A DNA stretch of 64,000 nt. It comes from a virus (lineage: Duplodnaviria; Caudoviricetes). Location of the stretch: the IMG/VR virus record IMGVR_UViG_2832410175_000003, positions 64,001 to 128,000 of that record. One strand, given 5' to 3'. Every line of letters starts with the position of its first letter. Positions within the stretch are counted from its first letter, which is position 1. The notes below the pieces were generated by a model that was given only the letters and a program-made list of their open reading frames with translations, searched no databases and was not told the origin of the DNA. The position numbers were made by a program, and so were the translations under genes. This document shows positions 30,817 to 39,378 of the stretch, piece by piece.

Positions 30817-31461
30817 ATGGCAACATATGTAATGTCCGACATCCATGGCGAGATTGACCGCTATCACAAGATGCTGGAACTTATCAATTTCAGCTCGGAC
30901 GACCAGCTTTACATCATCGGAGACGTTATCGACCGTGGTGCTGATGGTGTCTCGATTCTTCTGGAAATCATCGATAAAGGAAACGTGCATTTTATCATCG
31001 GAAATCACGAAGATATGATGCTCGGAACGCTCAGCAAGGACTCATATCCGGAGGCTCGTTCGCTGTGGAGACAGAACGGCGGAGCAAAGACGCGCCGCGA
31101 GCTGCTTTATCATCGTACGACTGCCGAGCGAATCAAAATTCTGAAATACTGTTACTCGCGGCCAGCAATGGAGTCAGTTGAAGTGAACGGTATGATGTGG
31201 ACGCTTGTTCACGGCCGACCCTCAACCAAGTTCCTCGACATGATCTGGGGCAGGGTGGAAGCCGATGACGATTTCGGCAACGCACATTATATAGTAGGGC
31301 ACACGCCGACTTGCTATCTGACCAAGCGATACAAAGAGCCGTACCACATCTTCCACGGCAAGGGATTCCTTTGCATCGACTGCGGATGCGGGAACCTGAC
31401 GAATCCATACCGCCGACTGGCTTGTTTGAGGCTGGACGACATGGCTGAATATTACGTCTAA
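30817..31461 (+). CDS. Calcineurin-like metallophosphoesterase
   Basis: SDIHG, GDVIDRG, GNHE, VHG, GHTP, IDCG. Confidence 0.92.
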   Translation: MATYVMSDIHGEIDRYHKMLELINFSSDDQLYIIGDVIDRGADGVSILLEIIDKGNVHFIIGNHEDMMLGTLSKDSYPEARSLWRQNGGAKTRRELLYHRTTAERIKILKYCYSRPAMESVEVNGMMWTLVHGRPSTKFLDMIWGRVEADDDFGNAHYIVGHTPTCYLTKRYKEPYHIFHGKGFLCIDCGCGNLTNPYRRLACLRLDDMAEYYV

Positions 31462-31463
31462 AA

Positions 31464-31493
31464 GACGCCGCACAACTGTGCGGCGTTCATTTT
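31464..31493 (+). terminator. Terminator-like hairpin
   Basis: ACGCCGCACA-ac-TGTGCGGCGT. Confidence 0.65.
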
Positions 31494-31538
31494 CCCCTCA
31501 TTCAAAAATATTTTCAAAAAATCAAAAAAGTTTGGATT

Positions 31539-31572
31539 TTCGCGTCCCAAAATCGCGATTTTTGTATAGTAG
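31539..31572 (+). promoter_or_regulatory. Promoter/operator repeat (copy 3)
   Basis: 34 bp identical to 13830-13863; heads the RNA ligase/replication gene run. Confidence 0.75.
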
Positions 31573-31619
31573 TATATGTAGAGAAAAAACGAGAGCGACC
31601 ACAGAAAGAGAGTGAGCAC

Positions 31620-32270
31620 ATGAGAGAATACCACAAAATCGAAACCGTTTTTGAGCGAAGCACCGAGGGTGATAAGCGTCTGCAGCTTGGCAAGTTCCGT
31701 AACCCGACGGTTAAGTTTCTGAAAGACCTACCGTGGCAGTTTACCGAGAAGTTGGACGGCACAAACACCCGCGTGTACTGGGATGGCCATAAGGTTTCCT
31801 ACGGCGGCCGCACCGACCGTGCCCAGATGCCGGTACCCCTGATGAACTACCTCGTCTCCGTGTTCGGCACGCAGGAAGTTGAGGAGCTGTTCGAACAGAC
31901 TTTCGGTGAGCGTGAGGTCATTTTGTTCGGCGAGGGCTATGGCCCCAAGATTCAGAACGGCGGCGCGTACCGAGATGATGTGTCCTTCATGCTGTTCGAT
32001 GTACTGATCGGCGACAATTATCAGCCGCGCGAGATGGTCGAGAAAACCGCGAAGATGTTCGGCATTGACGTTGTTCCGATTGTCTGCGAGGGCACCATTC
32101 AGGACGGCATCGACTTCGTGACAAGTCATCCGAAGAGCACAATGGGAACCGCCATGATGGAGGGTGTTGTCGGGCGACCGGCGGTTGAGCTGCGAGACCG
32201 CTGCGGTAGCCGTGTGATCGTCAAGATCAAATGGAAAGACTTTAAGTATTTTGCCAAAAAGGAAGAATGA
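31620..32270 (+). CDS. ATP-dependent RNA ligase (Rnl2-like)
   Basis: YHKI, TEKLDGTN, FGEGYG, FDV, EGVV, KIK motifs. Confidence 0.88.
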   Translation: MREYHKIETVFERSTEGDKRLQLGKFRNPTVKFLKDLPWQFTEKLDGTNTRVYWDGHKVSYGGRTDRAQMPVPLMNYLVSVFGTQEVEELFEQTFGEREVILFGEGYGPKIQNGGAYRDDVSFMLFDVLIGDNYQPREMVEKTAKMFGIDVVPIVCEGTIQDGIDFVTSHPKSTMGTAMMEGVVGRPAVELRDRCGSRVIVKIKWKDFKYFAKKEE

Positions 32271-32512
32271 GTATGAGAAATCCGGCTAGAATTGACGAGT
32301 TCTGCGACCGTCTGAAGGTCGCGTGGAAGAAACTGCCTGATTGGCGCTTCGGTCAGTTCATGATGAACTGCTTGGGGTCTATGCACGTGCTAGGCTGCGA
32401 CCCGTTCTTTTCGGAAGAGCCGGAGATGATCGAGTTCATCGAAAAATACGCCGAAAAATACGGAGTCGGCGATTAAACAACCCAATAGAATTGCGAAAAG
32501 AGGGATTTTTTT

Positions 32513-33163
32513 ATGAGATTAGCGAAGGGAACACGCGCGAAAATTATTCATCCGTTCTTCAATTGTGATCGGATTGGAGACGTTTTCGAGGTTGCAGAAT
32601 GTAATTCCGAGTCTATTACGTTGAATCGGTGCTATTCCGATTCAAGATCTTGCCTGCAGGCGTCATACACCCTGCCGACAGACGAGTTCGGCGTTTTCTT
32701 CGAGATCATCGGCATGGAAGAGCCGGAAAAAACGTCCGACGACAGGGTAATTACACTCAGTTTATCCGAAGACGAGCTTGATGCTCTCTGGGCGAAGTCC
32801 ACTTCCTTCGAGCACTTCAAGAAGAAGCTGAAGCTCGCGGCTAAGAAAAAGGACAAGCCGCCGAAGGGAAAGCGACAGTGGACCCCGTGGACTACTCATC
32901 CGCTCACTGGTTTCACCTATTCGGTAAGCCATCCAACCGGGAAGTCGGCAAAGGTAAAGGTCGAGTCCTGCGGTTTTGTCGGTATTGCGTCTTGCAATCC
33001 GGAAGATGTTTGGGATCTTGATCTCGGAATTGAACTGGCTGCCGCACGCGCAGAAGAAAAGAGAGCCAGATTTTTGGCTACAAAGGCTGCAGACAATTAT
33101 TTAGAGAAGATGGATGATCTTCACTTCATTATGAACCGTATTTACGGAAGGGTGGGGAAATAA
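32513..33163 (+). CDS. Hypothetical protein
   Basis: C-terminal ASCNPEDVWDLDLGIELAAARA phage-type motif. Confidence 0.65.
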   Translation: MRLAKGTRAKIIHPFFNCDRIGDVFEVAECNSESITLNRCYSDSRSCLQASYTLPTDEFGVFFEIIGMEEPEKTSDDRVITLSLSEDELDALWAKSTSFEHFKKKLKLAAKKKDKPPKGKRQWTPWTTHPLTGFTYSVSHPTGKSAKVKVESCGFVGIASCNPEDVWDLDLGIELAAARAEEKRARFLATKAADNYLEKMDDLHFIMNRIYGRVGK

Positions 33164-33780
33164 TGGCGGACAAAACACAGTTTTTAAGCCCGGAGCAGTT
33201 GGCAGATAATCGGAGAGCGTTTCTTCAGGTTCTGCGCGACAACGTAAAGCGTGATGGCCTCGAAGACCTGATTACCTATCTGGAAAACAGTGACTTCTTC
33301 ACGGCTCCATCTTCAACCAGATTCCACGGCAACTACGAAGGCGGCCTCTGCGAGCATTCGTTGAATGTTTATCAGTGCTTGTGTGAACTTCGCAAGAAGT
33401 ATGATGTGGCCGAATACAGCGACGAAACCATCGCTATCACCGCATTAGGGCATGATTTTACAAAAATCCGCGTCTACTCAAAGCAGCCTGCCTTCCGCAA
33501 AGATGCAGATGGTCGCTGGGAGCAGTACATGTCGTATAAGTTCGACGAGGTGTTTCCGGGCGGCCACGGCGAGAAGTCTTGCTTTATCATTCAGCAATTT
33601 ATGGAACTGACACCTGACGAGTATCTGGCAATCCGTTGGCACATGAACGGTTTTGACAGCGCCGTCAAGGGCGGCGACCGGGCAATGAGCGCGGCAGCCG
33701 AGAAGTGCAAGCTCGTGCCGATGCTTCAGCTGGCCGACATGGAAGCCAGCCACATGAAGGAAATTACAGTGGAGCACTGA
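33163..33780 (+). CDS. HD-domain phosphohydrolase
   Basis: APSSTRFH..GGLCEHS, HD, GHGEKS, WHM, AD. Confidence 0.88.
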   Translation: MADKTQFLSPEQLADNRRAFLQVLRDNVKRDGLEDLITYLENSDFFTAPSSTRFHGNYEGGLCEHSLNVYQCLCELRKKYDVAEYSDETIAITALGHDFTKIRVYSKQPAFRKDADGRWEQYMSYKFDEVFPGGHGEKSCFIIQQFMELTPDEYLAIRWHMNGFDSAVKGGDRAMSAAAEKCKLVPMLQLADMEASHMKEITVEH

Positions 33781-33785
33781 TAAAT

Positions 33786-34821
33786 ATGGTAAAGAAAGAG
33801 ATTTTAGACACCGCTCCTAATAATCAGCTCATTCGGAATACATTACAGAAAGCTGACCTATTACTGGACAGCTATAAAAATCCGGTGTGTTCTATTAGCG
33901 GAGGCTCTGATAGCGATGTAATGCTCGATCTGCTGGAACGAGTTCGGAATGGGCGGAAGATTACGTATGTGTTTTTTGATACGGGTATCGAGTATCAAGC
34001 TACGAAGAATCACCTGAACGATCTGGAAGCCCAGTACGGCATTGAGATTGTACGGCGGAGAGCGAAAAAAACTGTGCCGGTTGGGTGCAAGGAATATGGC
34101 GTGCCGTTTTTATCCAAAATGGACGCAATGTATATCGGACGTTTGCAAAAAAAGAATTTCGATTGGCAAGATGATACGTTCGATGGAATGGCTAAAAAAT
34201 ACTCAAACTGCGTTTCGGCGCTAAAATGGTGGGGCAACGGATACGGTGAGAAAGGGCGCTTTCAGATTTCGACACACGCCGGACTGAAAGAATTTATGTT
34301 GGATACCCCCCCCAACATTTGCAATTAGCAATAAATGTTGCAAGGGCGCAAAAAAGGATACGGCGTACGACTTTTTGAAAGAACAAAATGCTATGCTGAA
34401 CATCGTTGGCGAACGCCGCGCAGAGGGTGGAATGCGAGCGACAAGCCATACGTCTTGTTTCGAGCCACTGCACAGTTCAGGCATTGCGCGGTATATGCCA
34501 CTGTACTTTTGGTCTGACGAGGACAAGCAACAATATAAGGAGCATTACGGCATTGTGTATTCGGACTGTTACGAAGTTTACGGATTAAAGCGCACAGGCT
34601 GCGCCGGTTGTCTGTTTAGCAGTAAGTTCGAGGAAGAGTTGGAGATTATCCAAAAATATGAACCGCAGCTTTATAAAGCAGTGAATAATATTTTCGGAAA
34701 ATCTTATGAATACACTCGAAAATACCGCGAATTCAAGGCTAATTTTAAGGGAACAAGAAAGAAAAACGACACATCTGAAGCCGAAACCTCGGGAGATAAA
34801 TCCGAGCAAACTGACTTTTAA
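33786..34821 (+). pseudogene. PAPS-reductase-family protein frameshifted at a C8 tract
   Basis: SISGGSDS, DTGIE; C8 at 34306-34313; removing one C gives ISNKCC..KK continuing to RTGCAGC. Confidence 0.8.
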
Positions 34822-34875
34822 CCAACACGCCCTGCAAGGGGTTATATAAATATCTTATTACGAGGAGTGAACAAC

Positions 34876-35040
34876 ATGGGAATCCCAAAGCACAAACCCA
34901 GCGCGAAGCAGAAGTCTCGCGCAAAGTATCAGAGCGAGAACCGTCTCGCAAAGAATAAGGAGCGCCGCCAGAAGAAGCACGAGAAGCGTCTCGAGTATTT
35001 CAAGAAGCGCCGCGAAAAGAAGCAGGAGGCAGCTAAGTGA
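34876..35040 (+). CDS. 54-aa highly basic peptide
   Basis: GAGGAG RBS; MGIPKHKPSAKQKSRAKYQSENRLAKNKERRQKKHEKRLEYFKKRREKKQEAAK. Confidence 0.7.
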   Translation: MGIPKHKPSAKQKSRAKYQSENRLAKNKERRQKKHEKRLEYFKKRREKKQEAAK

Positions 35041-35714
35041 GCGAAGCAACAAAGAGCATTTTCCAGACGCTGTATGATGCAGATGTCACCGGAAAGGTAA
35101 AGAAGAAGAACGGCTTGTCGTACATCAGCTGGGCAGCTGCGTGGGCAGAGGTCAAGAAGCGTTATCCTGACGCGACCTATCATGTCTACACCTGCCAGCC
35201 CGACCCGTATGAGGAAACCATTACGGAGTATGAGGACGGCGTTCCGGTTATGTCCCGCACTGTCAAGCGCACGCCGCAGCCGCGTCCGTGGTTTGACGAC
35301 GGAAAGAGCGCATGGGTTGAAGTCAGCGTGACCATCAATGGTCAGGAGGCGAAGGAAACCTATGCCATCATGGACTTCAAGAACAACGCTGTGAAGGCAG
35401 ATCAGGTCACCTCCACCGACGCCAACAAGGCAAAGATGCGTGCGCTGGCTAAGGCTTGTGCACAGCACGGCCTCGGATTATTTATCTACGAGGGCGAGGA
35501 CATGCCGGAAGGCGTCAAAAAGGAACGTACCGGTCTGGCCGACGCTCGTAAGAAGGTCGTTTCCGCCGCGCAGGCAGCCGTTAAGAAGGGCGTTGACCGC
35601 GCCAAGATTTACGCGCTGATTGCTGAGAAGAACAACGGCAACGATTCGCCGACCGAAATCCCGACCATCGCACTCTGCACCGAAATCACCACCGCCATTA
35701 AGGCGATGAAGTAA
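35037..35714 (+). CDS. Single-strand annealing protein (Sak3/DUF1071-like)
   Basis: LSYISWAAAW, MDFKN, RALAKACAQHGLGLFIYEGED. Confidence 0.85.
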   Translation: MSEATKSIFQTLYDADVTGKVKKKNGLSYISWAAAWAEVKKRYPDATYHVYTCQPDPYEETITEYEDGVPVMSRTVKRTPQPRPWFDDGKSAWVEVSVTINGQEAKETYAIMDFKNNAVKADQVTSTDANKAKMRALAKACAQHGLGLFIYEGEDMPEGVKKERTGLADARKKVVSAAQAAVKKGVDRAKIYALIAEKNNGNDSPTEIPTIALCTEITTAIKAMK

Positions 35715-35737
35715 AACACCAAGAAGGAGATATAAAT

Positions 35738-36139
35738 TTGAACAAGATCGTAATTATTGGCCGCCTGACTCGCGACCCGGAGCTCAAGTCCACCAACGCA
35801 GGCACTTCCGTATGCAACTTCTCTGTTGCCGTAGACCGTACTTACCGTGACAAGGAAGGCAATCGCCCGACCGACTTTTTCGACATTTCCGTTTTCGGCG
35901 CAACCGCTGAGTTCGTGTCCAAGTATTTCAAGAAGGGCAGCTCTATCGCTGTTTCCGGTGCTATGGAGTCCCGCAAGTTTGTGGACAAGGACGGTAACAA
36001 CCGCATTGCTTGGTCGCTCCATGCCGACGAAGTAAATTTCTGCGGCAGTAAGTCCGAGAACAACGGCGGCAACCAGAAGCCGAGTATTGACGAGGGCTAC
36101 TCCGGCGACCCGGTTGAGTCCGACGACGTACTGTTTTAA
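35738..36139 (+). CDS. ssb: Single-stranded DNA-binding protein
   Basis: IGRLTRDPEL, FSVAVDR, acidic C-terminus ending DDVLF. Confidence 0.95.
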   Translation: MNKIVIIGRLTRDPELKSTNAGTSVCNFSVAVDRTYRDKEGNRPTDFFDISVFGATAEFVSKYFKKGSSIAVSGAMESRKFVDKDGNNRIAWSLHADEVNFCGSKSENNGGNQKPSIDEGYSGDPVESDDVLF

Positions 36140-37006
36140 GTGAGCGAATTCACCGAAAAGCTGAAGAATAGAGTCTGGAGCTGGTCTTCTGCGGCGCAAG
36201 CGCACGAATGCCCCTACGGCTTCTATCTTCAGCGGCTCGCTGAGCCGAGGATTAAACAGGACGAAAACGTATTCGCCCAGTATGGCAGCCAGATGCACGA
36301 ATGGCTCGAACTGGTATTCAAAGGTATCATGCAGCCGGAGGAGCTTCTGGAACTGTATCTCACCGACTACGAATCAAAAATAACGCTCAAGTGGCCGTTT
36401 AACCGCTATGTAGACCTTGAGAAATCCTACTATGAGGACGGTCTCGCGTTCGCCCGTCATTTTAAGGGACTCTCGCCGAACTATGAAGTCATCGGTGTAG
36501 AGCTTGAGATGAAGGCGGAAATCGAGGGTTACAAGGTCATCGGTTATATCGACCTGCTGGTCAAGAACAAAAAGACCGGCGAGTACATTATCGTAGACCA
36601 TAAGAGTAAGAAGAAGTTCGCCAGCAAAGCAGAGGAGAAGAAGTACCGTAAACAGCTTGAGTTCTACGGTTATCTTGTCCATGAGAAGATGGGCGTCTGG
36701 CCGGCTTATACAGACCTCGACCTGTTTCGAGGGCAGAAGCATTACATCGAGCCTTGCACAGCAGAGGACTGCATCGCGGCCAAGGATTACTTCATTGAGT
36801 CTGTAAAGACCGCCTGCGAGACCGAAGAGTGGCTGGACAAGCATTCCATCAAGGCGCGTGAGAACTTCAAATCTGCCAAGGACGCGAAAAAGGCTGGAAA
36901 GGCTGACTTCTTCTGCACTGAAATCTGCTCCGTGCGTTCTCATTGCCCGATGTCCTCCGCTTATGTGAAACCGAAGAAAGAGAAAAAAAGTAAGAAAGCA
37001 GGTTAA
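36140..37006 (+). CDS. PD-(D/E)XK nuclease (Cas4/AddB-like)
   Basis: CP, GYIDL, IVDHK, QLEFY, C-terminal CxxxCxxxxxC. Confidence 0.85.
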   Translation: MSEFTEKLKNRVWSWSSAAQAHECPYGFYLQRLAEPRIKQDENVFAQYGSQMHEWLELVFKGIMQPEELLELYLTDYESKITLKWPFNRYVDLEKSYYEDGLAFARHFKGLSPNYEVIGVELEMKAEIEGYKVIGYIDLLVKNKKTGEYIIVDHKSKKKFASKAEEKKYRKQLEFYGYLVHEKMGVWPAYTDLDLFRGQKHYIEPCTAEDCIAAKDYFIESVKTACETEEWLDKHSIKARENFKSAKDAKKAGKADFFCTEICSVRSHCPMSSAYVKPKKEKKSKKAG

Positions 37007-37008
37007 AT

Positions 37009-38373
37009 TTGAACGTAAACGTAAACGACATCAAGAGCACAGAAAGCGAGGCCGGCGTTATTTCAACATTGTTCATTCATCCGGAATTCTGCTTCCATTC
37101 GGAAAACTTAAAGCCCCGCCATTTTACAGATCCGGAGAACGCCTGCCTCTATTATGCGATTACGGAACTTGCGAAGAACAACGTCGAAAAGGTTGATCCT
37201 TACAACCTTATGAACGTTCTAAATTCCAAGGAAAACATGAAAAAGTGGGCTGAAGAGTTCACTCCCGGCAAACTGAACGAGCTGATGGAGATGAGCCGTA
37301 TGGTTGCCCGCAGCTCGGTTGCTGAGTATATGCTTGCGGTCAACAACGTGTTGGATAAAGCGTTCCGGCGCGACGCTTATAAGAAGCTCGCCGAGTGCCA
37401 GAACCTTTGCTTCAGCGAGAACGAAGACCATATCGAGGAAAAGATCTATAACATTCTGGACGGCGTGCTCATGGATTATTCTTCGACCAACGAACTACCG
37501 GCTTATAAGGACGTCGTTGACGAACTCTGGCAGGAAATCGTAGACCGCCAGAATAATGGAATGGCCGGCGTGCCGTTTAAGTTCCCGGCGCTGAACAACT
37601 ACGTTCAGCTCGAAGCAGGCGAATTAGTGATCGTTGGTGCGAATGCTAAGCAGGGTAAAAGTATGTTTTTATTGAACGAAGCGGTTGACCTTTTGAAGCG
37701 AGACTACAGCGTTCTGTATCTGGACAGCGAGCTGAGCTCTCGAATGTTCACGCAACGCCTTATGTCGAATCTAACCGGCATCGAATACAGTCGCATTTGT
37801 TCCGGTCAATATACTGCCGAAGAGAATGACCGTCTTGAGCGGGCGAGAAGCTGGCTCAAAACCAGAAAGTTCACCCACAAGTATATGCCGATTTTTGACC
37901 CGAATGGAATTTACGCAGCCGCGAAGAAGTCTATTCATTCGCAGGGGACGCAGGTTCTGATAATCGATTACTTTAAGGGCGGCGGAAGCGGTGCTGGTGG
38001 AGGCGGCGTCGGTTCCGATGACGCATTCGCCACATATCAGCAGCTCGGACGTCTGGTCGATATGGTCAAGAATGTTCTTTGCGGTGACATGGGACTGATT
38101 GGTCTCGGAGCCGCGCAGACAACTTCAACTGGCAAACTGGCCGATAGCGCAAAGATTGCTCGAAACGCCTCTACGATTCTCACCATTGAGAACAAAACCC
38201 CGCAGGAGATCAGCCAAGACGGCATTGAATGCGGAAACAAGAAGCTCCGCGTAGTTCTAAACCGCAACGGCGAACAGATGTCCTCTGATGAGTATATCGA
38301 CCTGCAGTTCAACGGCAACCTTGTTTCCTACAAACAGGCTGCCAAACAGCACGACCCAAACGCCCCATATTAA
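37009..38373 (+). CDS. dnaB: Replicative DnaB-like helicase
   Basis: GANAKQGKS, DSEL, IIDY, LNRNG. Confidence 0.9.
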   Translation: MNVNVNDIKSTESEAGVISTLFIHPEFCFHSENLKPRHFTDPENACLYYAITELAKNNVEKVDPYNLMNVLNSKENMKKWAEEFTPGKLNELMEMSRMVARSSVAEYMLAVNNVLDKAFRRDAYKKLAECQNLCFSENEDHIEEKIYNILDGVLMDYSSTNELPAYKDVVDELWQEIVDRQNNGMAGVPFKFPALNNYVQLEAGELVIVGANAKQGKSMFLLNEAVDLLKRDYSVLYLDSELSSRMFTQRLMSNLTGIEYSRICSGQYTAEENDRLERARSWLKTRKFTHKYMPIFDPNGIYAAAKKSIHSQGTQVLIIDYFKGGGSGAGGGGVGSDDAFATYQQLGRLVDMVKNVLCGDMGLIGLGAAQTTSTGKLADSAKIARNASTILTIENKTPQEISQDGIECGNKKLRVVLNRNGEQMSSDEYIDLQFNGNLVSYKQAAKQHDPNAPY

Positions 38374-38388
38374 AGGTAAGGAGTAACT

Positions 38389-39378
38389 ATGGAAATCAGA
38401 GATGTGGTAGAACAAATTGATATCGTGGACTACATCTCCCAGTACCTCGAGGTCGAGCGGCGCAGCGAGAACGAATACGTCGCACTGTGTCCCTTCCATG
38501 ACGAGAACACACCATCCTTCACGATTACGCGCTCCAAAGGGTTGTATTACTGCTTCGGCTGCGGAGCTCGCGGCGATGTTGCCGATTTTGAGGTGCTGTA
38601 CAACCATGTATCTCTGCGAGAAGCGGTCAAGCGACTCAAAGCCTACGCCGGAATCACAGAGGGTGTGTCACTGCCGTCTACCCATCTGGCGGCTGTACAG
38701 GCCCTCAAGAAGTACGCGCCACGAAAAGAGCAGAAAAATGTGTGTGAACCACACAAAATCCTAGGGGAAAATGTGATGGAACAGTACGAATGGAGACCGG
38801 AGAAGTTCCAGTCTTGGCTCGATGAGGGTATCCCTCTCGACCAGATGAAGCGATTCGGCTACCGCTATGATGCGCTGTCAAACCGTATTGTTCACCCGAT
38901 CCGATTGCCAGACGGCCGGATTTTCAGTATCTGCGGCCGCACACTCGACCCTGATTTTAAGGAGAAAAAACTCCGCAAGTACACCTATCTCGTAAAGCTC
39001 GGAGCGCTCGACACGCTGTTCGGGCTTTACGAAAACCGCGAAGCAATCCTCCGGAAGAAAGAGGTCATCCTGTTTGAGGGCGCGAAGTCTGTACTCAAGG
39101 CGGCGGGCTACGGTTTCGATAACTGCTGTGCCGTACTGACCTCGCACATCAACCCTTACCAGACCAAGATTCTCCTGCAACTGGGTGTCCGTATTGTCAT
39201 CGCATTCGATGAGGAGGTTGACCCGCGGCAAGATGGAGAAATCAAAAAGCTGAAACGCTTTTGCAGGGTGGATTGGGTTCGTAACCGTGACAACCTGTTG
39301 GGCGAAAAGATGGCTCCCGTAGATAATGGAGCGGAAGTTTGGAATGAATTGTATCAGCGAAGGGAGCGGCTATCATAA
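38389..39378 (+). CDS. dnaG: DNA primase (CHC2 zinc finger + Toprim)
   Basis: CPFHDENTPSF..YCFGCG; FEG; FDE. Confidence 0.9.
   Translation: MEIRDVVEQIDIVDYISQYLEVERRSENEYVALCPFHDENTPSFTITRSKGLYYCFGCGARGDVADFEVLYNHVSLREAVKRLKAYAGITEGVSLPSTHLAAVQALKKYAPRKEQKNVCEPHKILGENVMEQYEWRPEKFQSWLDEGIPLDQMKRFGYRYDALSNRIVHPIRLPDGRIFSICGRTLDPDFKEKKLRKYTYLVKLGALDTLFGLYENREAILRKKEVILFEGAKSVLKAAGYGFDNCCAVLTSHINPYQTKILLQLGVRIVIAFDEEVDPRQDGEIKKLKRFCRVDWVRNRDNLLGEKMAPVDNGAEVWNELYQRRERLS

Noticed and set aside
36140-37006. cas4 / CRISPR-Cas system
   Set aside because: Stand-alone nuclease in an SSAP-SSB-helicase module with no other cas genes
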